A stretch of DNA of 64,000 bases from Neocallimastix sp. 'constans' (Eukaryota), in NCBI GenBank assembly GCA_050613775.1, contig JBODTK010000016.1, forward strand, positions 992,001 through 1,056,000, in the 5' to 3' direction. Under the pieces are notes generated by a model, which was given only the letters and a program-made list of their open reading frames with translations, ran no database searches and was not told where the DNA came from. Shown here piece by piece: positions 12,371 to 29,358 of this stretch. Every line of letters begins with the position of its first letter. The first letter of the stretch is position 1. The translations under genes and the position numbers were made by a program.

Positions 12371-13908
12371 AATAAATTAAACATTAAAATATAAGTTTTT
12401 TTTTTTAGTCATCATTACTTATAAAAATCAAATGATCCTAAAAAAATAATAGTAAAATAAAATTTTAAGTATTTTATTAATCAACCATATAATTTTAATT
12501 TTGAAATTTAAATTTATTATGTTAAATTTAATATATATATATATATCTATATATATAATATTTCATTAAATGTTTAATAAAAAACTAATCCTTTTAATAG
12601 ATCTTAACTAAAATAATATAAAAAAAATTTAAGTACTTAAAATTGTTAATCTATATTTAATATTATATAGTCATAATTTATATATACTCTAAAATGTAAT
12701 ATATTTATTATTTTAATATATATGTGGAGTGCGTTAAAAAAATATGTATCTTATAAAAATTCACTCATATTCACTTAAAATCCACTTTTCCGTATATTTT
12801 TCATTTATATTTAAATATTTAGTACTTTTTAGTAAAGATAAATAATATGGACATTACTATTCTAGCTACTTTGTGATGATTACAGGACTACTTCAATCCT
12901 CATAGCACTCTAAGTAGCTTTAACTACCTTTTGTTATAGATATGCTATAGGTTTGTATATATATATAATGTTTTAACTTGTTATATATAAAACTACTATA
13001 TATGTAATAAGTATATAAAGATAGCGTATATGTCGTATATATGAATATGTCAAATATATATTAAAAACAATATAAAATATACTATAGATATATTCAATAT
13101 ATGTATAAAATAGTTTAAATAAAAAATATTTATATTAATTTAATATATATGTTGAGTATCTTAAAATATACGTATGTTATGTTATATTTGATATATGGGT
13201 ATAATTCGTTAAATATATTAACTGATTAAATATAGTGTATGTTGATATATATTATAAATAATAAAAAAAATTTTTTTTGAATTATTGAAAAACTGTATAA
13301 TTGTATATATATTTTAAACAAAAAGAAAAAGATTGTATTTTACATAATTCTTAATATGCAAAAGAGATAATAACAAATAATCATAAAATTAAAGATAAAC
13401 ATATAAAATATGATATAATAATTAACTTTTAAATAAATTAATTTACATATTTAATTTTATATTTTATACCTAATTATGATAATCAAAAATAATCGAAAAT
13501 TTGATATTATAATTAAATTATATCTATTATAAATGAATTAATTAAAAATTATAATAATTTAAGTTTTTTAATCAATATATATATAAATTTTTAAATTTAT
13601 AGTTTTTTTCCCTAATTGTTCTCCTAAACATAATATATTCAATTATATTTTAAAATTTAAAAATTATATAATTTTTAATTATATAATCATACCTTTAGCT
13701 TACTAAAAAGAAAAATAATTCTTTTATTTTAATAATTTAATTTTTATTTAGTAAAAGTAAAACTATTTCTTAATTAAAGAAAAAAAATACTTTATATATA
13801 TATATTTTAATTATTAATTAAAAAGAAATAAAGTTTATAAACCGAAAAAGGGAAAAAAAGAAAAAAGGAAAGAAGAAAATTTAATATAAAACCATTTCAA
13901 TACACTTT

Positions 13909-13947
<39 letters not shown>

Positions 13948-14047
13948 CATTTTTCATTTTTCATTTCATTTATCTTTCTTTTCTTTTCTTTATTTTTTCT
14001 AATTATACAATAATTAGAAGATAAAATAAATAAATAAATAAAATAAA

Positions 14048-14090
<43 letters not shown>

Positions 14091-14584
14091 ATTTTGTTTT
14101 TATTTAAAAGAATAATACCATTATAATACCATTATTTTATTATTTCAAATTCATTCTTATCATAATTTTAAAGTTATATTATAAAAGTAAATTATTATAT
14201 AATACACTAATAAAGTAATTATAAAAATTATAAAAATACTTCTAAGCTTAACATAATAATGAATGAAATAAAATAAAATAAAAATAATAAAAATCTATAT
14301 TAATTTATTAATATTAAATAATATATATTATATAATAGCTCTTTTTCAATATTTTGAAACAAATAATAACAGAACATTCAAATAACAAATACCAATAAAA
14401 ATAAAAAGTAAAAAGTAAAAAGTAAAATAATAAAAAAAAAAATAATAATAAAATATTTACAATAAATTAATATATTTTTATAAAAATAATCGAATGAATA
14501 AAGAGAAAAATATAATAACAATTTTAAAACACTATTAATAATAATATTAAATAAAATAATAAAAAAATAATAATAACAAAGAAA

Positions 14585-17215
<2,631 letters not shown>

Positions 17216-17959
17216 GTTTTCTTTTTCTTTTTACCTTCTTTTTTTTTTTTTTTTTTTATTATTTTATTTTTATTTTTATTTTTATTTTTATTTTTATTTT
17301 TTTTATTTTTACTTTTACTTTTATTTTTAAATAAATATTATTTAATTTTTATCTTTTCTCTTTTCTCTTTTTTTTTTTTTTTTTGAAAAAAAAAAAAAAA
17401 AAAAATACTTATATTATATATATATTGTAATTATTAACAAATATTAACAAATATAACCATTAATAATTTTTATTATTATATATATATAATTTTATTCTAA
17501 AAAAAAAAAAAAGTTCTATTATACTTATGTATAAATAAATAATAAATAATAATTAATAATTAATAATTAATAATAATAATAACAATTAATCTGTACATAT
17601 TTATTATATAATATATTATTTAAATAAAATAAAAAAAAAAAAATAATAAAAAATAAAAAATAAAAATAAACCAAATATTATACATAATTCGTTAATGATA
17701 TTGGATAATAAAAGCCTAATTTTGGATATGGTTGTTTTAGTTTAGTTTGTAGGAATAGTAAAAGTTTTATAAGTAATTATAATTTTATAGTAATTGTGAC
17801 ATATATTGAGAATTTATAAATATATATAGAGAGAGTAAGATAGATAGATAATTATCAATATACAATTTATTACTTAAAGAATGAGATGAAAAAAAATAAA
17901 AAAATAAAAAAAAAAAAAAATAAAAATAGTTACTAATATTAAAGAATGCAATAAAAAAA

Positions 17960-17999
<40 letters not shown>

Positions 18000-18369
18000 A
18001 ATAAATAAATATAAATGAACAAATAAATAAGTGAAAAATACAAGAAATAGTTATTTTTTTATTTTTTATTTTTTATTTTTATTATCTTTTATTATTATGA
18101 TTATGATTATGATTATGATTATTTTTAATATTATTACTTTTTATATATATATATATATATATTTATTTTTATTTTTATTTTTTATTTCATTTTTATTGTA
18201 TTTTTATTATAATTTAAATAATTAAATTATTTTAAAGATAGTTTGTTATTTATATTATTAAATTAAATTTTATATATTATATATATTTATATATATATTA
18301 TTTTTATCTAATTAAATTCTTTTTTATTTTTTTTTTTTTTTTATTTTTTTTTTTTTTTTTTATTATTAT

Positions 18370-20387
18370 TTAATCATTGTTTTCCATTAATGTATAATCT
18401 TCATTATCTAATAATTCTTCATCTTCAATTTCTAATGAAATATTTGATTTTCTTTCAAGCATTTCCTTTTCTTCCGTATTTAACATAAAATCTTCCTCAT
18501 CATCATCATCATTACCTGGATTAATTTGTTTATATTCAGATGGGATAGTTTCAACATTTCTATAGCTAGATTTTTGTTTGTAAAACCTATAAAATATTAA
18601 TAATAATAATAATATAAATTAATAATAACAACATAAAATATGCATATATATTTAAAAATTATTATTTACATCAAATTATAATTTATTTATTTATTTATTT
18701 ATTATTATATTATTAATAAATATATAAAATAATAAATAATTTATTATAAAACTTACATTAATCCAGAAACAGTAATAATACCAGCAACACCAATGATAAT
18801 AATCTTTCCATGAGCAGATTCTGGAATTTCCTTATCATCTGGATCAGTTGGAATAGTTTCAGAAGACTCTATGGTAGTTGTGGTCTTATCTTCATTTTCT
18901 TCTGATGATTTAGTTGTAGTTGTAGAGGTGATGGTGATAGTAGTGGTTATAGTGGTAGTAGTTTTAGCTGATAAAATAGTAGATTTCTCTTCCATAACAT
19001 CTTCATCTGCTTTATCCTCATCAGTCTTACTATCATCAGTTTTACCATCATCATTAGTTTTATCATCATCAGTTTTACCATCATCATCAGTTTTATTTTC
19101 ATCAGTTTTATCATCATCATCAGTTTTATTTTCATTAGTATTATCATCATCATCAATTTTATTTTCATCATTTTTATCATCAGTTTTGTCATCATCAGCA
19201 TTTTTATTATCTTCATTATCTTCATTGGCATCATTACCGTTATCAACAGCTGCATCTGGAATGGAATTTTGTTTCTCAATAACATCCTTTATAAATTGAT
19301 CATAGTTAGTATCATCATCAATATAATCTTGTGGAGCATACTTTATTTCTTCACCTTCTTCAGCAACACGAAGAGCAATATCAGGTGTTAAAAGATAGGT
19401 GTTATCATTGTAAGAATGGGCAATTTCAAAAATTACATGGTATAGACCGATTTTACGGAAAGGAACAGAAAAACCAAAGATTGGACCATAGACCATTTCA
19501 GTTGGTGGTTCAATCTTATTTCCACAACTTGGAAAATTATCACTAACAGTATCAAGAATGTTACCTTGAATAATATCAAAATCTTGATTTTCTTGATTAG
19601 CTAAAATAGCTTTAATAGGAACATTATTGTATTGGAAAAGATCCTTGACTGGTGTTTCCTTAATTTTATCACCCTTTAATTCAATTCTAAAGAATTCCAA
19701 AATTACATTACTACAATAACCACTTCTTAAAGTATTTTTTATTGATATTTTTGTACCATATATTGGGCCTGTAGCCTTAGAAATTTCGGCCTTTAAATCT
19801 TTTTCTGGAATACTAAGGGTATGTGGAATAATTGGTAAATAATAAATTGATTTTACATTTTCTAATTGAATTGGTTTAAAGTATACAACTTTTTGTTTAT
19901 TTGGATTAGAAGGTAATAGGGAACTATCAACGTTCATTTTAGAATCCTTTTTACCCTCAACATGAATATTTTGATTAACTCTTACATTTTTCTTATATGG
20001 TTTACATTTAATTGAAATAGTGTATTCACCAGCTATTGGAAAAACGTAATCAATATCAAAATAATTAGCAGTTGTTGGTAAATTAGTCTCATTATTATAA
20101 TGTGGGAAATCTTCCATATGGAATTGAGAAAAGGCTCTCAAATCTTTTGAAAAAACAACAACATCTATAAGTGAATTTTCTACTGGTTCAATTTCTTCAA
20201 GAGAAACCGGATAATTTCTAGTTTTACTCCATAATGAAATTCTAATTTGATTACTTATACCCGCTTCAAAAATATTCTTTCCTACTGGAATAACATTAAT
20301 TTCATAAACAGTCTGAGTTCTTGAATAAACTGTATTGATAAATAATAATCCAATAACAAAGATATAAAACGATTGTATTAAACCCAT
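18370..20387 (-). CDS. Type I membrane protein: signal peptide, two Ig-like beta domains, acidic and Thr-rich stalk, TM helix, cytosolic sorting-signal tail (~615 aa)
   Basis: Exons 20387-18757 and 18586-18370. Signal MGLIQSFYIFVIGLLFINTVYS; DDKTDENKTDDD repeats; poly-Thr; TM IIIIGVAGIITVSGLMFY; tail KQKSSYRNV..EYKQI..DDDDEED..EDEELL..YTLMENND*. Confidence 0.85.
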
Positions 20388-22594
20388 TTTGACTTTTTAT
20401 TATTAAAAAATTAAAAAAAAAAACTTTTATACTTATTTTTTTATATAATTATTTTTAACTATATTTATAAATTATATACTTAAATAATTATAAATTATTT
20501 ATTAACTTTAAAAATAATAGTTTTCAATTGTTTCAATATATCGAAATTATTATTAAATATATTAATTATATTTATTTTATAAATATTATTATGGAAACTA
20601 TTATTTAGTTCATTTAGTCTATTGATTATAAAAATAAATAATATTTAATAGATATTATATGTATTTGTTTTTTATTTATTTTATATATATTTCTATTAGT
20701 ATTATTTTTTTCTTCTTCTTTAATAATTGTTTGAGAAATCTCTATATTGTATTATTTTATTTATAGATTTCCTTGAAAATTTAAAGAAAAAATAGCAATA
20801 AAAAAAAAAATAAAAAAAAAAATTTATGTAATAGTTTTTATATTATTATTATCTATGTACGTTTATATAATTTATATTATTTAAAAAAAAAAAAAAAAAT
20901 TAGATTTATTTATTATTCTTCAAAATATTTATGATAAATAAATTTAATCAATATTATATTCATTCTCTCTAACCTTATATATTATATTATATTTTATAAA
21001 TCGAGCGTATACTTTAAAGGTATTGATATTTCTCACCCTTTCTTAATTATTTTATTGCATTTTGCTTTTTTTTTAAAAGAAATTATTCAAATTTTATTTT
21101 TTCTTCTTGATTTATTCGACCTATCCTCGATAATCAATATATATATAAATTTATTTTTTATTTACAATAAAAACTTTTAATAATAATTTCAATAAAAAAA
21201 AAATATTTGTATATTATAAAAATATATTTTATATTATAATTAAAATATCTTTGAATATTTATTATTTATTAAATTTTTAAATATAAAAATTTTAAAGTAA
21301 AAAAAAAGTTTAAATTTAAAAACTTCATTTACAACAAACTAAAAAAATAGGTATTTCCAATTCTATAATTTTATTATTAATAAATTTTGACTATTATTAA
21401 TACCTTTAATAATTATGAATTATAAAAGTGAATTAGCGAAGAATAAAATATTCAATACTGTTTTTATTTATTACTTAGTTGTTTTTATAATGTTTATTTT
21501 ATTATTAATTCTTTTATATTTATTATCTTTATTTTATTTAAATTATTTTATTTTATTTAAATTATTTTATTTTAATAAGAAAAAAAAACAAAAATAAAAA
21601 AAGCATAATTAAAAAAATATCAAAAAATAAATTTTATTATAAAATTAAAAATAACCACAGAAAAAATATATATATATTAAATTATTAAATAAATTGTAAT
21701 TAAATATAATAAATGATAAATTATATTAAATAATAAAAATATATATCAAAATAATATTTATATCAAAATAACATATATAATATAAATAAAGAACAATTAT
21801 AAATATTTAATAAAGACAAAATAAAAACACCATATTTTATATATAAAAAATATATATAATATTTTAAATATTCAATAATAATTTTTTTGAATATTATATA
21901 ACAATTATAAATTATATATATTATAATAATATAAAATTAATTGTTGGTATTTATTATAAATAATGTATTTATGTTTTATATATTTTAATATTTACCATTA
22001 TATAATTATAGTATATTAATCTAATTGAATGTTCAATCAATTTATTTATACTTTTTTATCGAAAAAAGAATAAATATAAATTAAATTATGGGATTTAACA
22101 GTAGTTTACGTTTGACATAAAAATAAAATTATTTATATATTATAATATATTGTAATATATTTAATATATTAATCAGAATATATATTTATCCAATAAATGT
22201 CTATTTAAAAAATAAAATATAAACTCTTCCATTTAAAATTTAAAATATTTAGATTATTTATTATATATTAATATATTAAAATGATAAATATAATTGCATT
22301 TAGACATTTGTATTACATCTAATATATTACTTATTATGCTATAAATATATGATTTATATAAATACATTAATTAAAACAATTTTTAATTACATAATGTAGA
22401 ATTATAATGTAATAAAATAAAAAAAATTATACATAAAATACTTATTTATTTATTTATTATTTATTTATTATTTATTTATTATTTATTTATTTATTTATTA
22501 TTTATTTATTTATTATTTATTTATTTATTTACTTATTTATTTATTATTTATTTATTTATTATTTATTTATTATTTATTTATTATTTATTATTTA

Positions 22595-22722
22595 TTTATA
22601 TTAATAACATCTGACAGAGAAAGATATATAGTAGGAAATTACCAATTATTATGGGAATTTTCTTTAGTAAAGTAATAAAATAAATTATTTATTATTTATT
22701 ATTCATTTTTATTATTTATCAT

Positions 22723-22757
<35 letters not shown>

Positions 22758-22828
22758 TATTAATAACATCTGGCAGAGAGAAAGATATAAAATAGGAAAT
22801 AACTAATTATTATGGGAATTTTCTTTAG
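22595..22828. repeat. Local duplication of a ~73-bp block
   Basis: atattaataacatctg(a/g)cagaga..aggaaat..aattattatgggaattttctttag occurs at ~22595-22667 and ~22754-22828, each copy preceded by TTTA microsatellite. Confidence 0.8.
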
Positions 22829-23455
22829 ATATAATTATATAAAATAAAGTAATAAAATAAATATTAATAGTTCTTATGATTAAAATGAAAGTAGTTCTTT
22901 TATTTTAACGTTATGGATTTTCAATAAAAAAAATTAATCTAAAAAAATTAAAATATTAAATAAGGAAAATTGTTTAATAGTATTTCTAATGGTATGAAAA
23001 AAAAAGAAATTAATAATTATTTCATTAAAATATTTATAATTCTTACATATTATTTATTATTTTTATTTATTTATTTATTTATTTATTTTTTTTTTTTTTT
23101 TTTTTTTTATTGGTTTAGTTTATTTTGATGAGTTTTATATTTTTAATAAATAGTTTAATTTTTTTTTAATTATATATAAATATAAATATAATTAAAATAA
23201 TCATAATAAAAAAATTTAAAATGATTATTAATAATTTTAAATCTTAATTCATTTAGTTTATAAATATAATTTTTATATTATTATTAATAATAATTTTCCA
23301 TAAAAATTATTAATTTTTATTTTTTAAAAAAAAAATAATAATGAAACAAAAGTTTAAATAATATGTTTTTATATTTAATTAAATTTTTTATACTTTTGTA
23401 TTTTTTTTTTTTAATTAAATTATATCTTTAATAATTCATTTTGTACTTTTTTTTT

Positions 23456-25651
23456 TTAATTAAAATCATAAGTATCTGAATATGGAGGTGGTGCTTCTTC
23501 ATCTGGATCAATTTCTTCATAATAAAGTTCATGTTCATTTACAACTTCTTCTTCAGGTGAAGAATAATTATAGGTAACATATTGACCATTATCTACAAGA
23601 TGATTTGTTGTTGATTCATTAAGATAACCATTATAAGTTAAAATTTGATTCATCATTTCATCATTTGGTACTTCAATTACTTCATTATAATAAACAGCAT
23701 TTTCTTGCAAATTAGTACTATTACTTAATGTTTCATTATTTACATAATTTATGGTACGATTTGGATTTGAATTGACATTGTGATTCACTGATATAGGGGC
23801 ATTTCCACTATTCTCAGGACCAGCAGTAGTGTTATTAAATATAATTTTAGGATTGACATTATCAGTTGAGTTATTATTAGTATTAGTATTAGTATTAGTA
23901 TTAGTATTAGTATTATTATCATCAGTACTATTAGAATTATTATTATTAGTATTATTATTAGAATTTATATTATGATTAATATTGGTAATCATATTATTAT
24001 TATCATCCACATGAATTATTTCACCTTTGATATTTAAAGGTTGAGTGAATAAATGAGGAGATGTCGGCTGATAAGAAATATTACTTATTTCGCTATGATT
24101 TAAGGCAGATACTGAATTAGGATTTGAATAGTTATATGGATTTGTTGAATTATTAATAATACCAGTTGATGTAATTCCAAGAAGAGGAGAATGTATTACT
24201 GATGAAATAGGTGAAGCACTAGGTGATTTATTGCCATCATTTATATTGATAGGAACAGCTGAATAATTTATATTTATAATATTTTGATCATTGACTGGTT
24301 GAACATTAAATGATGCAATATTAGATGTTTGCATTCCCTGAGTAGCCGGAACATATGTAATACCATTAATACTTATAGCACCAATAAGAGGAGAAGCAAT
24401 ATTGGTATGATTGATATTGATTGGTTCAACCACTGAAGAACTCATACTTTGATGATGAATTTTATTGTTAATATTATTACTATTATTATTGTTGTTGTTG
24501 ATATTGTCATCATTACTTTCATAATTGTTTTTATTACTGTTATTATTAGAATCAGTATTAGTATTAGTTGGGTTAATATTATTATTATCTGAATCCATTT
24601 GAAGTTTATTATTGGTATTATTAGTAGTTAAACTAGAATTAATTTCTATATTATTTATATTATTTTCATCGTTAGCTATATGTAACAAATTAGAAATATT
24701 TATGGAACTATTAGTACGACCTGACATTTCAGAGATATCATTATTTAATGAATGGTTATATCCATCTTGTACATCAATTTGTAATTTTTGACGATCATTT
24801 TTGTTAAATTGCTGACCATTGCTAGTTCTAGTTGGACTATTTGTTATTAACGGAGTCATAACTAATGAACTACTTGGACTTATAGAATTTATAATAGAAC
24901 CAGGAAAAGCATGTGAATTTGTAGTTTCATCACCTAAATATAAATTAGATTGATTTTTCTTTGGAATAATCATGCTAAGATGTTTAGAACGATTAAATCC
25001 TCTTTGAATAGGATGGAAACCTGAATCATTTTTATAAAGAATATTATTACGAGACTGTGTAAAGTTACTAGAAGAAGATGCCTCGTACAAATGAATATCA
25101 TTTGAATTGATATTTTGAGGCACAGCGAAACCAATATAAGAATTTGGATAGGAATTTAACTGAACTAAATTTGTCATAGAAAGACTATTCCTATTACTAG
25201 TCAAAGAAAGACGATGCTGGCTATAAGGTAATGAACCACGTCTTTGAAGATCATTACCTCCAGAAACTGAATTAATAATAAGACTACGATGTCTATCTAC
25301 TAAAACTGGAATTTTTTTCTTATGAGCTTTGATATAAGAACTTTCTCTCTTAGCCAATTCTTCTTTATTCAATTTTCTGTGATCGGTTAAATTATTTTGA
25401 GAGTTAGGAGCTTGAGTTGTTGATGATATCGACGCTAAATTTTCCAAGTCACTATTTTCTTTTGGATGTAATGAACCTTTACTTGCTTCAATACTATTAT
25501 TATTTGACTCTGATGAACTATTATTGACAATATCTTTATTTCTATTATTTTTTCTAGTATTAATTATTATGCTAATATGGCTACTTTCACTAGTGTCATC
25601 ACTAGTGACAAGAGTATCGGTATAATGACTATCATCATTATCATGATTATG

Positions 25652-25686
<35 letters not shown>

Positions 25687-25715
25687 CGTTATTATTATTA
25701 TCATTATTATTATTA

Positions 25716-25758
<43 letters not shown>

Positions 25759-25790
25759 CATTATTATTATCATTATTATTATTATTATTA

Positions 25791-25879
<89 letters not shown>

Positions 25880-28587
25880 TTCAGTTTTTGTATAAATTTT
25901 ATCATTTTCAACTTCATTTTCACTGTTATTATGAATTTTATCTAAACTTGTGTTATAAATTTCATCTGTAGAAATAAAATAAGAATCATTTGATTTTTGA
26001 GGTGTAATAAGGGAACTTGAATCATTCGTATAAGAACGAGTTATACTATTTACACTTGAATGAATTGAATTTGAATTAAGTAATAAAATTTCTTTTGTAT
26101 TATTATTATAGTTAACACTTTTTTTATCAATATGATTATTATTTTTTTTACTATTGTTATTGTTATTATCACTAGAATAAGTCGTATTAGTATATTCATT
26201 TCCATCATTTTCATGAGGACCTACTTCATCAGTACGACTTTGACTTTGATTATTCCATGAATCATTACCATTATAATTGTTCGTAATGGTATTTGTATTT
26301 GAAGAAATACTAACATTGTGATAATTACTTATACTACCAAAACTATAACGATTTGTTGGATTAATTGGTGTTAAACCAGCAATTATTGGACTGTGCATAC
26401 TACTATGTCTACGTGGATTATTACGAAGAGAACGCGTTGAATGAAGAGAATTGTTATTAGTAAATATTATCGAACTACGATTTGAATTATAATTTACAAA
26501 ATTGTCAGTACCATTGCCTGGATCAATTTTAATAGCATCAGTATTATTAATAAGATGCGAAGGTATAACAGAATGATTTTGAGGTGAATAAGTTAATGAT
26601 GGAATTCGAATTATCTGAGGAGATGACCTTTGAGCAGTGGACGAAGTTTTATCTACTTCAACATCAGATAAGTTATCCGGATAAATTGGTTGATAATTAT
26701 CATGTGAAGTTCCTATATTATTTGATAGTTGGGACGCAGCAGCTTCTAATTCATAACGATTACTAGTAATCTGAATATCATTAGTAATATTATTATTATT
26801 GTCATTTGAATTATTTGAATTATTTGAATTATTTGAATTATTAAAATTATTATTTTTTCCGTCTTTCTTTAATGAATGATTAATAAAATATTGTTTCTGA
26901 TTCATACTCTTTTGTAATTTTGTATCATATTTATAATTAATATATTTTTTTAATATGAAAAAAAGTAAAATAGCAATAATAATAAATCCAACAATTAATA
27001 TAAGTACTAAATTGGATAATCCAAAATTATATTTAGATCCATTGGTAACATTATTATGCTCTTCTTCTGCTTTTTCATCAATTTTTTTCATTTTTTGACG
27101 ATTCCTGAGTATTCCTGTATTTTTTTCTTCTTCATCACTACATTTAGTTAATTGTGATTTACATTTTATATCACTCAAATCTTTTGGAATACAAAGACTA
27201 GTTTTACCGTAATCACATACCGTTACATATTCTAATGGAGGAATAGCTCCTTGAAGATTATTATTTCCAGATAAATTTCTATAGTAAATAAAAATGAATA
27301 ATTATATAAATAAATAAATAAAAATTAAAAAATAAAATAAAAATATTTTTTAAAAAAAAGAAAAATGGAAATGTCAATAAATTAAAATAAAAAAAAAAAA
27401 AAAAAAAACATTTTTAAACTTTTAAATTTTTAACACTTCTTACATATTCTTTAAATTTTTTAAATAACTTAAAGAAATTGGAATAGCGCCTGAAAGATTA
27501 TTATTTTGAAGATTTCTAATTATAAATAAGATTTTATAAATTTCAATTATAATAATATTATTATATTTTCAATTTTATACTATAATAAATTTATATAAAT
27601 AGAAGAATACATACAAATTTTGTAGACTTTGTAATGATCCAATTTCTTCAGGAATATAATTATATAGATCATTATTTCCCAAATCCCTGTATAAAAAATA
27701 TATTATAAAATATCATAATGTTAAGAATAATAAATAAAAGAATAAAATAAGAATTTAAAAAAAAAAAGAAAAAATAATAAAAATAAAAATAAAAAATTAC
27801 ATAATAGACAGTTTTTCTAATGATTCTACTTCTTTCGGTATCTCACCTGAAAGATCATTATTATTTAAATATCTAAAAAAGGAAAAAAAAATTAAAAAAA
27901 ATTACAGTAAATTTAATATATATTAAACATATATTAATTTGTAATATTATTCTATGAAATATATATAAATAAATTAAATACTTACAATTCCTCCAGATTT
28001 ATTAATTTACCAATACTCTTTGGTATTAATCCATAAAACTTATTATTATTAAGATTTCTATTATCATTATTTATTTTATTAATATATATATTAATTAGAA
28101 CATTAATAATAATTATTTGTAAATTTTTTTTTTTTTACATAAAAAGAATTAACATTTACAATGATTGAAGCATTATCAATTGACCCATTTCCTCAGGTAT
28201 TTGACCATAAATATTTATTTTAATAAATTTACTATTAATAATATTATTTATGGTAATAAATAAATAACAGTTAAAAAAATATAATTTTTTCATTATCTAT
28301 ATATATATATTGCAATCTATAACAAGTAATTATAAAACTAACAGTTTAATAATACGTGAAGCATTGCAAGTTACACCATTGACACTATTACAACAGTCAC
28401 TGGTATTGTCTTTCCAATTTGTATTTAAATTTAATTTCTTAAACATTGCTTTCAAATAATCACAATCGGTTTTCATACTAGCATCTTCAGCATTAACATG
28501 TTTCATTTGAAATGAATTCAATATTACCCAAACCGTTATTACTTCAAAAATACTTTTAAATATTTTACTTAAATTATATAACTTCAT
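23456..28587 (-). CDS. LRR receptor-like membrane protein: signal peptide, Cys cap, ~6 plant-type 24-aa LRRs, TM helix, long Asn/Ser-rich cytoplasmic region, terminal PPPY (~1475 aa)
   Basis: Exons 28587-28343, 28231-28160, 28057-27986, 27872-27801, 27686-27615, 27515-27444, 27278-23456. Cap DCDYL..W..DCC..NGVTC..IIKL. Repeats such as LNLNNNKFYGLIPKSIGKLINLEE and LYLNNNDLSGEIPKEVESLEKLSI. TM LVLILIVGFIIIAILLFFIL followed by KK. Ends EEAPPPYSDTYDFN. Confidence 0.88.
25640..25876 (-). repeat. Coding (AAT)n encoding a poly-Asn tract
   Basis: About 75 Asn/Asp codons in frame within the final exon of the LRR gene. Confidence 0.9.
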
Positions 28588-29306
28588 TATAATAGATTTA
28601 TATTTTATTTCCAAAATTAAATACTTTTTTATATACACATATAATTATGAATAGAAAATATAAAATTTAAATAAATTACTGCTATTATTGTAATTTAATA
28701 ATATAGCATTTATAATAAAATTATTCTTTTTCTTTTTTTTTTTTTTTTTTTTTTTTGATATTTTCTTTTTTTTTTTTAATATATATATATATATATATTT
28801 TTAGTCTTATATATATTAAACACTACTTATTTTTGAATTAAATTAAGAGGTTTTGTTGATAATTTATCTCTCATATTATGATACACAGTTTAAATTATCT
28901 TTATTTTTTTTTTAATTTATCAAAATAAATAAAATAATAATTTATTTTTCATAAGTATTAAAGTATTTTTCTACAAAAGTATAATATAATTAATTAAAAC
29001 AATTTAAGAAATTTTATATATATATATTTAATTATATACATATTTAATTATTAATTTCTTTTTTTGTTTTTTGTTTTTTTTATTCTTTTATCTTCTAATT
29101 GTTATGAAATTTTAAATTTGATTATTATTTTTAATAAATTGTTATTTTATAGTTTATTGTATTTTTTTTTTTTTCAGTGAATTGTAAAATTTTTGGTTTA
29201 TATATATATATTTCAATAATAAATTGTTAAATTTGTAGTTTATATAATATATATATATATATATATATTTCAGTAAATTGTTAAATTTGTAGTTTATATA
29301 TATATA

Positions 29307-29358
<52 letters not shown>

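Noticed and set aside
12872..12960. C/D-box snoRNA (GTGATGA box C)
   Set aside because: No CTGA box D at a suitable distance and no terminal stem.
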